A stretch of DNA of 64,000 bases, from assembly GCF_026210795.1 (NCBI RefSeq), contig NC_089430.1, positions 1,178,001 to 1,242,000 on the forward strand, written 5' to 3'. Positions 14,601 to 27,500 of this stretch are shown here, piece after piece. Origin of the DNA: Rhizophagus irregularis. Taxonomy: Eukaryota. Position 1 is the stretch's first letter; the number at the start of each line of letters is the position of its first letter. The position numbers and the translations under genes are program-made. A model generated the notes under the pieces. The model was not told the origin of the DNA and did no database searches. It saw only the letters and a program-made list of their open reading frames with translations.

Positions 14601-16006
14601 TTTAATATAAACTTCAATAATAATTTTAATTGCTTAAATCTATATAGATATGGAAAAAGTGGAAATGCAATTATGGATAATTTTATTTCGGAAAAAAATT
14701 TAAAATGGATTCCTTATGATAAATTTGAAAATATTGAATATCTTGATAAAGGAGGATTTGGTACTATATACAAAGCTAATTGGTTTTATAATAATGAAGA
14801 TAATAAAGTAATTCTTAAATGTCATAATAATTTAAGTGAAAATTTGAATGAATTTTTAAATGAAGTATGATAATATTTTATTTATTTTTTTAATTTGAAT
14901 CATAATTAATTTGTACTAATATATTATCAACTTTTTTATAGTGGGAATATCACGTAAGTTGTTTAGATTCAAATGATATTATTTATTTTTATGGGTTTAC
15001 AAAAGATCCAGATACTTTGAAATATATGGCAGTAATGGATTATGCAAACAAGGGTAATTTAAGAGGAAACTTAACAATAATAATCAAAAGTGGTTGGAAT
15101 AAAAAATTATATATGTTATTTGGAATTATTTCTGGACTTAATGGTATACATAGACAAAATCTTATTCATTGTGATTTTCATGATGGCAATATTTTAAATC
15201 ATAATGAAAGAAAAGTTTATATTAGTGATTTAGGATTATGTAAATCTATAAGATCATTTTTGAAAAAATATGATATTTATGGTGTTATACCATTTATGGC
15301 ACCAGAAGTTTTAAGAGGCAATTCTTATACTCCAGCTAGTGATATATATAGTTTTTCTATGATTATGTGGGAATTTACATCTGGGGTACCACCATTTAAT
15401 AATAGAGCACATGATTTTCAACTTAGTTTAAGTATTTGTGAAGGTGAACGTCCTGAAATTATTGAAAATGCTCCACAATGTTATGTAGATTTGATGAAAA
15501 AGTGTTGGGATGAAACCCCATTAAAAAGGCCATCTTCTGAAGAAGTGTTAAATATTATTAGTGATTGGATTTTTCTTCCATCTAATGTGAAAGTTGAAGA
15601 TATTAATGAAGAATTAAAATGCAATATTATGGAATTTATAAATGCACCAATTGAGCATAACAATAATCTTGCTACTGAGTCTCATCCACAAGCATATTAT
15701 ACAAGTCGCTTACTTGATTTTACTAGTAAACAGTTGAATGAAACTCTTAAAAATAGAGATTTGCAAGCTTATTATTCAAGTCAATCTACTAGTGGAAAAG
15801 TGAATGAAGAAAGTGAAGATTCACAAGCTAGTGTAAAATTAAATGAAATGCTAGTAAATAAAGATTTAGATGATTGTATAGTTAATTTGAAGTCATTAGG
15901 TATGTAATATAGTACATAAAAAGAAATAATTTTGCAAATTATTTCAGTTATGTGAAATTAATTTTATTTATTTAATTATTTAGATATTAAAACAGATAAA
16001 AAATAA
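11605..16006 (+). CDS. TKL-like protein kinase with a micro-exon-encoded N-terminus (exons 11605-11626, 11710-11832, 22 x 3 nt, 1 nt at 14563, 14648-14864, 14942-15899, 15984-16006)
   Basis: The kinase exons are clear (WIPY, GGFG, VILK, HCDFHDGN, DLG, APE, DIYSFS, GERP, CW..P..RP). The 5' model rests on AG/GT sites and on phase consistency from ATG 11605 to the 14648 exon. Confidence is about 0.95 for the kinase part and lower for the 5' model. Confidence 0.82.
11920..14570 (+). repeat. Tandem intron/micro-exon array (unit of about 80-115 bp: ..CTAAC..TAG|NNN|GTAAGT..)
   Basis: 25 YAG-N(1 or 3)-GTA modules, two of them with a broken site. The units from about 12350 to 14340 are highly similar and most carry an ACTAAC branch-like motif. 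Confidence 0.85.
12630..12906. mobile_element. CCC-ended MITE (CMC/CACTA-like) inside a micro-exon intron
   Basis: TIRs CCTTATAAAAAATAAATGTCCGGAA / CCCTATAAATAATAAGTGTCCGGAA, imperfect 3-bp TSD CTT/CCT, internal TGTCCAGAAA repeats. It interrupts the intron consensus. Confidence 0.75.
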
Positions 16007-19000
16007 CTAGTAATAATTATTTGTCTTTTTATAAGAATTTATAGTTTTTTTTATGTGATATTTTTAGTTTGTAATTTAAATAATTCCTTTTTTTATATTT
16101 TATTCTTTTATTCATATATGTATTCTCTTTTTTCAGAATTATTTAAACACTAAGGCTAGAGTAGTAAATATTTTACAAATTTCTTAGTTTGTGATAAAAT
16201 AAATTTTTTTTTAACTTTCCCAAATATTAAATATAAATTATAAAATAATTCTAAAATATAAAATTTAAAATAAAAATTTTTTTTATATTCATTATTTCAA
16301 TAGCTAATTGTATTTTATTTATATTGTTAACTTTTATTCTTAATATTATATTTAAAACCTGCAAAAATATTCTTTATCAATTTAAGAAATTATATTATTA
16401 AAACAACATTATACATAATTATACATAATTACTCTAACTTTATAAAAAGTAATGACAGGCAGTCTAATGGTCAAATTGTGAAATACAAATTTTTTAAAGC
16501 TTTTTTGCTTACAGCATTTGTAAAATTATTTCAGTAGTTATTTAGAATTTTTTTATTCAGATCATATTAACATTTCCTAATAAAGATGTATATGGAAGTT
16601 ATTCAGCATGTCTAAGTGACAAAAAAGCAATTAATTTTACATTTGCCTATTCAATTCAGAAGGTTATTTTTGTCTTATAAGCTAATTTTAAATAAATCTT
16701 TTTAATAATCTTAATCCTTCACATTTGATAATTGATTATGTAAAAGGTATTTGCACAAAATATGACTTTTTAATTTATATTTTACAAAAAATTTTATTGT
16801 TAGTTGATCATATATACAAGTTTTTTGGAATAATATCCATAAAAATAATCATTTATTAGACTTTCTCTATAGAGAAATAGAGATAATACAAATAATGTAA
16901 CAACTAATAATAATAAAACAAAGATGTTGATCTAACAAAAATCTTTTCCACTGGATAAATAGTAAATTGAAAATATAATGAAGTATACAATTATAATAAC
17001 AATAGAAGTAAAGGAAGCAATAAGTATTAAAGAACACCTGATAAAATTTCCACCCTGATTTTCAAGCGCCACTGATTGCTAGAATTATTCGAACCAATCA
17101 AAATGATTTTATGATTTGAAACGTAAACATATTTTAAGAAATAATTGATAACCAACAATTATTCATATTTTTGTTTTTACTTAAGGTTTTTCCAGTACAA
17201 TTCCATCATGTTTTACTTTTACATAGGTTCACAAGTGGATCTTCCGTTGCTGATAAACTTACATCATCTTTACGTAATCTTTATAATAATTTAAATCAAA
17301 CTACTGAAATGTTGTTCCACACACAGGTAATCTAATAATTTATTATCTTATTTTTGAAAGGATTTTATTACCTTAGTACTACTATTTTGTGATAGTCTAT
17401 TTATAGTATGTTTATAGTATTATAGTATCATATTTTTATAACAACGTAATTTAATTTATTTTATGTTTTTCCTTCCCCCTTTCTTTACGATACATTTTTA
17501 TTAGTTTTTAATTCATACAATGATTTTGATTTTTCAAGACTGTCACAAAAAAAAATCTTGTAGGTGCCGGTTTATACAAATTATTTTAAAAAGGTATTTA
17601 ATTTAATTTAATATCAAAAGGTAAAATGATTAAATATTCTAATCATTTCAGAACCTTTGGGTCGCCAAATAAGATTTAAAAATATTTTAATTTTTTCATA
17701 TAATAAAATACTAGGTGAAAAGAAATACAAAATATTCATTCATTTATAATGACGATTTAAATTAGTTTCAATTTACAACAAGATTTTTTTGAGCCAGTTG
17801 AATAAAATTGATCTAAATATTAATCTGGGAATAGTTGCTGTTACTGCTGAAAAAGAAGAATATTTATAAATAAAATTTGTGCAAGTTATATTCTTAATAT
17901 GAATGATAATAATCCAAATGCTTTAAAATGGATAAAAAGTGTAAAATCTAATGGTTAGTGAAGTATGATATTATTGTAAATTCGTAATAAAAGAATTTTT
18001 CAAACAACATGGAATAGAACAAATAATACATTTTAGTTGTAAATTGCAAATTATTGGATTACTATAGCAATGTATTCAAAAAAAATACTTTATGCATATT
18101 CATAGCAAGTTTTCAATATGTTATTACTTAATGCTTTATATATATATATATTTGAGAAGTGTTTTCCCTCAATTTGCTCAAAAGTAATGCTGATGGTTTA
18201 TGCAGTAAGAATGCTGGAGTCAAATTATATCTATTCTGAAGCAAGCAAAAATTTCATATTATCCTATACTAAGTCAACATCCTAGTTTACATCAGATGGT
18301 GAAAAACTAGGTCTTCAACAAAGAGATCATTAATTGAACATTATATGACAAGCGAAATTTACTTCCTACGTGCGAAATATATTTTTATTTTAAAATAATA
18401 TTTTCAATGAACTTACTAATATCATTGTTACATTAGTCCAATTATCGAGATTTTGTTTAAATCTTTTTGAATTACAAGTTTGACACTTAATCCTTCTCTG
18501 TATTTATTTGCTTGCACTCAAAACATCTTTCAAATTTTTCTTCATTATTTTTTGAATGACAAGAACCACAATATTTATCTTTAACTACTTGTTTGCGACT
18601 TTGTGTCGAACACATACGTATTTAGTTCTTCTCAATTTAATTGATTAATAACGCAAATAAACTAGTTTATCAGCAAGTTTACCATTAAAATTTTTTAATT
18701 TTTTTTTAGTAAACTTAACTGCCGGAAAATGTTAAAAAAAATTTATAATGAATAGTCATCAAATTTGTCATTATAAATCAAAATAGTTACTATAAAAGCT
18801 TCTTATTCTAAATGGCTTCTATGAATTTAAAAAATGATGAATGTAAGAATAGGATGAAGAATAAGTCAGCGTTGATATTAGTGAGTAGTGATACAGTAAG
18901 ATCATTAACAGGAAATATCTCTAACGTGAGAAATTCATTTCTTATGTTATGGAGGTAACGTTCAGAGATATGCATATTTATTTATTTATTTATTTTTTTT

Positions 19001-19009
19001 AAGGAATGA

Positions 19010-19035
19010 CTAGGCGTAACCCGTCGAGGATGATA
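19010..19035 (-). mobile_element. Probable Helitron 3' end (degenerate hairpin + CTAG)
   Basis: a|ctaggcgtaacccgtcgaggatga has the same architecture as the end at 321. The 5' end could not be located confidently. Confidence 0.35.
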
Positions 19036-20620
19036 CTTGCCATCAAGTAAGAGAGTAATAATAACACACTTATATATTGTTACCATATCTTAAAGAAATT
19101 CATTATAGCAATCTATTGTTATAGAAAAAAATTATCTCACTAATTAATATGAAAAAACAAATTTCCAGAAAAATTAATAATAACGATCTATTGTCATGAA
19201 AAAAAAAATTCCCCATAAAAATTAATTATAGTGATATATTGTTATGAAAAAGAATTATTGGTACAAGAAAAAAAAATTTAAAAAAGGGGGAGCCGAAAAA
19301 ATTAGATCGGTTAGAAAAAAAAAACGAAAAAAATAAAAAAAAAATTTCATTGGATTAGATGAACAACATGCATGACTTGCTGATCAAGCGGGTCTTAACT
19401 ATAAAAAATGATGTAATGCAAAACCTCCATTACTAGCCTCTTGGGATAATGTAATCAGCCGCAGCTGCTGTTTATCTTTTTTTTTTTTACCGATTCTTCA
19501 AAGACTGAAATTATTTTTTATTAGTATTTTTTATTCTTCGGTTTTCTTTCAATAGTTTTTGTCTAATATCAAAAAAATTTTATTAATCATTTTTTTTATT
19601 TTCAGTATTTTAGTTCAATACCAAAATAAATATTTTCTAATCATTTTTTTTTGTTTTTGGTTTTTAAAAGTTCAATATTATTTCTTTGGTTCAAAATTTT
19701 TTTTATTGGTTTTTTTTTATCCTTTATTTTACTTTTCAGGTTTTTTACTATTATTCATTTTTGATTTTGCAATTTTTTCTTATTGTTAAATAGATTAAAA
19801 GTCTTTTTTTAAACACAAAATTGGAGTTTGTTAGGATAATGTAGTTTATTTCTAATTTTTATTATTTTTCTTAGTTTGACCTAACTATGTTTTCCGGTTA
19901 TAAAAAATAATACACATGTATGACACATTATTATTATTACACAAGTATTCCCTTATTTCTATTGCATAAAAAAAACGCTTATAAATATCCATTTTATAAT
20001 ACATCCCAATTTCAGTTCATTATGCAACCTAAAAAGTAAATTATAAAATAAATAATTAGTAAAATTGAGAATTATAGATCAAGTAGACGAAAAATATTGT
20101 TAAGTATGTCAAGACATTCGAGTGGATAGGGTTGAATATAACGTTCAATTTACTTGAATTGGTGTATGGCCTGAGAAGTAAGTTGAACTCTGATGAAAAA
20201 CTGTTTCGCAATGGGGTTGTACCTTTTTTTTTTATTTTTTTTTTAGTGGTGAACGTATTAATTATATGATAGAGAACATACAATCAAAACCAAAGTAAAA
20301 CTGAAGTTTGAAAATAAACAAAAGTCTTAATACCACACCTTCACCATATCCAATGAAGTAGTAGTATTTTTCATATACTAACAGCCCTAATATACACTTG
20401 TTTTGGGAAACAGGATTCAGTTTGAAAATAATTTACTATACTCATTCATTATTTGAATTATCGAATTTTAAGTTTTAATTAAAGTTAAAAAAAAAACTTC
20501 CATTTTGATTAATTATACGTAGGTATTATCGGTAAGATCATTTCGATAGTAAGGCATTTTAGGAAAAGGTTTACTTTATAGGAATTAACCAAAAATTAAA
20601 ATAAATTCCTGCATTGTTTG

Positions 20621-20854
20621 AGGACCCAGAAATATATATAAAAGGGTCAGGTTTGAGTTTGCGTATTTTGAACTAAAAAAATCATGAAAATCTTACCTTT
20701 TTTAGATAATTTTTGATAATTTCAGTCAGAATTTTATTTCCTATTATAGTAACCGACTGACATTATCATAATTCCGGCCCTGAAAACATGCGTACAGCTC
20801 ATAGTAAAAAATTTTTTTCATCACCTGACCCCTATATATATATTTCTGGGTCCT
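20621..20854. mobile_element. 234-bp MITE with 8-bp TSD
   Basis: TIR AGGACCCAGAAATATATATA..GGGTCAGGT at both ends and a perfect TSD ATTGTTTG (20613-20620, 20855-20862). Same family as the element at 36557-48448. Confidence 0.9.
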
Positions 20855-22366
20855 ATTGTTTGTATGAAAAACCTGTTCTAACTTGATTTTCGTCTAGATC
20901 TCAAAACTATATCAATTAACATGATGAATTTTTTTGCAATCAAAAAATCAATGACTTTTTTTATTTCTTTTTTTCTTTTTTTTTAGGATAATGAAAGAGA
21001 AGAATTTAAAATTAATTTTAGCAGATATTTTTGTAATTACGTTCTTTATGATGAAATCAAATTTAATTTTTTAGTTATATTTATGATTAATCGACAAATT
21101 TTTTCTACAAAAAAAAATTGGCAAAAAATTTAGGTAACAATTAATTTCGATTTTTTAATTGGTTTTTTTTTTAAATGATGACCTATTTTACTTTATTTTA
21201 TTTTTTTCCAAATTTATTATTATTATTAAATTTCGATTAAATTTGACATATTCCATAATTATAAATCTTAACGTGACAAATTTGTTGAACGTTCTACTTT
21301 GCATTTTGGGGTGTTTATTTCCGATAGTTCGATTGAAAAAGAGAATCAGTTGATATTCTGCTATTGTTGTCAATACACCACGAATTTGTTGAGAGATTAA
21401 ATAGATTAAATACTAGTGGTTACTCATAATGCAACAACATCTAATGACTGTAAAAAATTATCCTTATATATGTATAATTTAATAAAATACACTGCTGTAC
21501 ATACTGTACAAAGTACATATATTACCGGTATGTGTATTACTGTATTATGTACTTACTATATTACCTCTTAATTTACAAAAGCCAGTTGGTAATTTCTCTG
21601 TAAAGTGTGTTTTGGTCTAATATTAGTCTTTGGGAAAACCTTTCGCTTATCACTTTTAAAGAGGTCGTTGTTAATTGATAAAATTCACATTTTATATATT
21701 TTGAAAACTTCTAAACTATAAATTACAATAATTTTACTTTTAAGTGTAGCTTGACAACTCTTTATATTAATTCTTTCGATCTTATGGATAATAATATAGT
21801 AATATGGAATTGTTAGGAACTAAATTGTCTTGAAAAATAAAATTATTTGACTTTAATATCTTTTTTATTTTATTTTGATAATTCGTGTGTTAGAAAAAAA
21901 AATCATATACTAAGCAATTAAAATCATGTATCCTAGATAAATCACTTATTTGGTAAATCAAATTTGACTGATTGATCCCGGGCTCCTGAAGTGCTGAATA
22001 ACTACTATGTATTAATGATATTAAATTTATAATATATTTACAACAAATATTGCATTCAATATTTGTTCCTTTATATAGTCAAAATATAGAGAACAAGCGG
22101 GCGAAAAGTATTTTAAATGACAAGTTTCTTTTAACCTTATTCTTTTCGTCGCTTCCAATTTAATACACTAACGAATCAAAAATTTTCAACTTTCAATATA
22201 GCGTGAATATAAAAAAAAAGTCTTAATTTTATTATATAAAAAATTGTAATGTTCCGTATACATGATTATGTTCATTTAATGTAATTTTTGGCTTCATGAT
22301 CTCAAATTTTGAATAAAAATCATAATATACTATTGTATTTCAATATTTACGCAACAAGGTTACAAT

Positions 22367-22516
22367 AAGGGCAGTGATATATATTAGCTAATATTAATTT
22401 AATAGTAAGATGTTATGACCAATCACAACCATTTCACATGGTTTATATTATGTGACCTAAGATTATCTTTTACTCCCCCACCCCTAAAATATTAGCTAAT
22501 ATATGTCATTGCCCTA
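22367..22516. mobile_element. Short inverted-repeat element (MITE-like)
   Basis: AGGGCAGTGATATATATTAGCTAATATT ... AATATTAGCTAATATATGTCATTGCCCT. No convincing TSD. Confidence 0.5.
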
Positions 22517-24285
22517 ATTTTACATGTTATAAAGTTAACTGGAAGACTGGTCATAAACGGATAAACCACACGATGAATACTCCATATTAATAAACTAAGG
22601 GTTTGAAAAAGTATACTAATGTTTGGGACGCAGAATAACTTTAATTTGTTTGTCATTTAAGAGAGTTGAACGATTTCATATTTTGAACATTATTTCTACA
22701 ATTCAAAATCAACCAACAAGAGTAATATTTATAACTCTGCTTAGTAGTAGTACTTCAAATTTTGACGTGTTTCTTCTGACAAAATTTAAGCACTTTTTAT
22801 TTGGAAATTGTCCAGGTTATATCTATATTCCAAAGTATTGCTGAGCCAATAATTGGATTAACGGCTTTTTTTACTCCCAATATAGGAATACGGTTGCTAC
22901 TTGCTTCTTCGATTAGATCAATTAGTATTTGGTTGCATCCCTTGGCTGCATGAGGAACTAGGGATAAAAACAACTCCACCAAATTTTCATTGTCAAGCCA
23001 AGGAAAAGAATTATGTAATAGGCTAGGATCTCATTGGTAATTGTAATAATTTTTTTTTGACCTTTGATTAGATAGGATTCTGCTTCTTTCAATTCAATTT
23101 TCTGTTCTTAAGTTTTCAGAAAGTTAGAAGTAAAAGTTATTTCCACATGATGGTTTCTTTCATAGTTAAATACATCATTGACTGATATTTATTACAGTAT
23201 TAAGTTTTAGATAACGATAATTAGCTTATAACTTTATAAACAAATAATATATGGCATAAATAACCTAGAAATGCTTCATCTATACCTAAATTATGTCTTC
23301 AAAATGAATACATCATGTTTTAACTCAAAAAGTTTCCCAATTATTTAATTCTATAAATAAGAATTCACGTGCGTTAAAATTAAAAATGATCGGCCGAATT
23401 TTTTATAGAATTCTCAGCCCACGTTACAATCGTTACATGGTAGATCAGAAATACGTAATTATGCATAACAGCATAAGTATTGTTCTTACTTCAATATATA
23501 ATTGACTGATATAAATTAAAAAAAATGCTCTGTCTATGTATCTAATTTATGGCTTTGGAATAATTACATTCCCCAATTTTCTTAACAATCGTGTTATTTC
23601 AATTCTATCAAGTGCGTTGTAAAGTCTAAGCCCGTGATAGATCACGCTGCCACCTTAGCCTTAACAAAATAATACTTTATTAGTAATATAAATAAATACA
23701 ATAATATGCTTGGTTTAGTAAACACATCCACAAAATTCGTATCGTTTTCCACTCGGTCAAATATCACCCCTTTTTATATACTATAACAACCTTATAATAA
23801 ATCCTCTCTGTAAAAAATAAAATCCCCTGTCAATTTCACCTTTTTACAGTTTGTATCTTTTCAATTTTTACACTTCCAGAATATGTAATATTCATAAATT
23901 ATCCCTTCTGTAAGATCCCTAAATTATCCATTCTGTAAAATCCCCAAATCACATATTTTCTAGTTTAGCGTCATCTTAGACATTAAATTTGTAACATTAT
24001 ACAATTCTAAATTACTAAAATTTATATACTAATTCTAAATATAATACTGCGCCCCACAATTAATAAATTTACTACGGCATTACAGCGTTTAAATTAAAAA
24101 TGATCAGCAATAATCGGTTGTAAAAATTCAGCCCACATTATGGCTGATCAGCAGTACGTAATTATGCATAAGTATTCTTCCAGTATCAGGCGAAATTATT
24201 TTTTTCTTACTACTACTGGAAATTTTTTTTTAATTTCTGCCTTTTATATGTATTGATTTTAGTTGAGAAAACACTCAATGGATTC

Positions 24286-24529
24286 TAAGGTTGCTTGCCG
24301 AAACCTAGGGGTTTAGGCAAGATGGCGTTTCGCCGAAAAGCGAAATTCTGCCGAAACTATATTAAAGTTATATTAAAAAACTGGCGAAACTTTGGAGAAT
24401 GGTGAAACTGCCAAAACTTATTATAAATGCCGAAACTGCCAAAACTCTGCCGAAACTATAATAAATCTATAGTAAAATTTTGATGAAACTAATTGTAGGA
24501 TTTTGAAGAGGTTTAGACAAGCAACCTTA
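24286..24529. mobile_element. hAT-like MITE (244 bp) inserted at a kinase start codon
   Basis: TIR TAAGGTTGCTTG..CAAGCAACCTTA, perfect 8-bp TSD ATGGATTC (24278-24285, 24530-24537), internal GCCGAAAC repeats. Confidence 0.9.
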
Positions 24530-27500
24530 ATGGATTCCTTTATCAAAATTTTTAAAAAGAAGATTAAGTCATGTGATTGTGATTATGAATGTAACGCAAT
24601 ACGGTTTAAACAAAATTTTAATAATTGGACTAGTGGTAATAATGATATCAATAAATTTATTCAAAATACTCAGCTATCAGACCATAATCATTATTGGGTA
24701 GGAAATGCATTAGAATGGATACCTTATGATAGACTTTATGATGTTAAATATATTGCAGAAGATGATGAGTTTGGCAAAGTGTACAGAGCAAATTGGATTG
24801 ATGGATGCATGAATGAATGGAATGATGAAAATTGGGAAAGAAAAGGTCAAAATATGTTTGTAATTCTGAAAATTTTAAAAAATCCATCAAGTATTACGTT
24901 AGAATTTATAAATAAGGTATTATAAATTTATCCAAAGTTTCATTTTTTTTGACATTGTAATATGCCATTTTGTGAAAAAAAAGTTGTTTTAAGAAACAAA
25001 TGGTTGAATATTTTATTTTTACCAATATTTCTAACTTTAATATATTGTAGATTGCGGTATCTCATGAAGTTCATGGAATAACTCAAGATCCAGAAACTAA
25101 GAACTATATGGTAGTTGAGTGATATATGTGAAAAATGTAATAAAGTATGTAATTCAATACATTTTCAACGAAATTTCCAAAATTGGACTAGTGGTAGTAA
25201 TGATATTAATAAATTCATTCAAGATACTCAGCTATCAGTTCATGATGATGCAAGAAAGTTGTTAGAATGGATACCTTATAATAGACTTTATGATGTTAAA
25301 TATATTGCAGGAGATGATGATTTTGGCGGCAAAGTGTACAGAGCAAATTGGATTGATGGATGTATAATTAATGATGATTATAGATTTTGGGAGTATGACA
25401 GTAGTTGGGATAATAAAAATCAAAATTGGATAAGAAATAATCAAAATATGTTTGTAATTCTGAAAATTTTAAATAACCCAGCAAGTATTCCCTATGAAAA
25501 AAAAATTCTTTAAAATATACTTAAAATGTACTTAAATATTTTAAAATATATCTAAAATATACTTAAAATTTTTAAATGTACTTATAATATACTTAAAATT
25601 GCAATTTTAAGTATATTTAAAGTATAAAATTTTATACTTAAATTACATTTAAAATATACTTAATTGCAATTTAAATATAATTTAAGTATAATTTAAGTGC
25701 AAAATTTTATACTTTAAATATACTTAAAATTGCAATTTTAAGTATATTTTAAGTATATTTTAAAATGTTAAGTATATTTTAGGTATATTTTAAAACATAT
25801 AAGTATATTTTAAGTATATTTTAAAAAATACATAAGTATATTTTAAGTACATTTTAAAGAATTTTTTTTTTATAGGGATTACATCAAAATATATAGATAA
25901 GGTATAATAAATTTATCAAACGTTTCATTTTTTTTTTGTAAATTATAATATAAATTAATCACATTGTACTACTATGCCATTTTGCGAAAAAAAAAGTTGC
26001 TTTAAGAAACAAATGATTGAATATTTTATTTTTACTAATATTTCTAAACTTTAATATATTGTAGATTGCGAAATCTCATATAGTTTATGGAATAACTCAA
26101 GATCCAGAAACTAAGAACTATATGGTAGTTGAATGATATATGTGAAAAATGTAATAAAGTATGTAATTCAATACATTTTCAACGAAATTTCCAAAATTGG
26201 ACTAGTGGAAATAATGATATTGATAAATTCATTCAAGATACTCAGCTATCAGCACATACTTATTATGAGGTGAAAAATGCATTAGAATGGATACCTTATT
26301 ATAGACTTTATGATGTTAATGTATTGCAGAAGATGATGAGTTTGGCAAAGCGCACAGAGCAAATTGGATTGATGGATGCATGAATGAACGGAATGATGAA
26401 AATTGGGAAAGAAAAGGTCAAAATATGTTTGTAATTCTGAAAATTTTGAATAATCCATCAAGCATTACATTAGAATTTGTAGAATTTAAAAAGAAGGTAT
26501 AATAATATTCCATTTTGTGAATCATAATATAAATTAACCATACTGTACTGTGCCATTTTGTGAAAAAAATTGCCATTTGTTTTAAAAAACATATTTGAAA
26601 TTTTATTTTACTAATATTTCTAACTTTAATACATTGTAGATTGCGGTATCTCATAGTAGAGTTTATGGGATAACTCAAGATCCAGAAACCAAGAACTATA
26701 TGGTAGTCTTGAATGATATATGTGAAAAATGTAATGTAACGTGTATGTCAATACGTTTTCAACAAAATTCCCAAAATTGTACTAGTGGAAATAATGATAT
26801 TGATAAATTCATTCATACTCAGCTATCACATACTGCTTATTCAATAAAATGGATACCTTACGATAGATTTGATGATATTGAATTCATTGCAAAAGGTGGA
26901 TTTGGCATAGTGTACAGAGCAAATTGGATTATGGAAGGGGTTGTGGCCTTGAAAACTTTGAATGATTCAAAAAATATTACATTAGAATTTTTGAATGAGG
27001 TATAAATGATTTGTAATTTTTAAACTTGAAAATTTCGATTTGTTAATAATCTTCATTTTTAATTATAGATTATATTGCATCATAAAATAAATTATTCACA
27101 TAATATTATTAAGTTCTATGGAATAACTCAAGATCCCAAAACAAAAAATTATATAATGATTTTAGAATATGCAAAGAATGGAAGTTTACGAACATGTTTA
27201 AATACAAATTACAATAAAATTGGGTGGTATAATAAAATAAAGAATTTATATGACATTGTATCTGGGCTTGAAAGTATTCATCAAAATGACTTAATCCATC
27301 GGGATTTACATGCTGGCAATATACTGATGAATGAAAATAGGATGTATATAACTGATATGGGATTATGTAGACCTGCATCAGAAAATATAAAAAATAATGT
27401 CTATGGCGTATTATGTTATATGGCGCCTGAAACCTTACAAAAGCACAATTATACCAAAGCTTCTGATATTTATAGTTTTGGTATAATTATGTACGAAGTA

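Noticed and set aside
14568..14647. ORF-track N-terminus of the first kinase (MLILILNF...)
   Set aside because: It begins inside a GTAAGT donor and is intron sequence; the exon starts at 14648.
22550..23040. Degenerate coding-like remnant on the minus strand
   Set aside because: It has stops and frameshifts and no recognisable family, so it cannot be supported as a gene.
24503..24529. ORF-track start MKRFRQATL
   Set aside because: It derives from the MITE terminus with a TTG start; the real ATG is at 24530.
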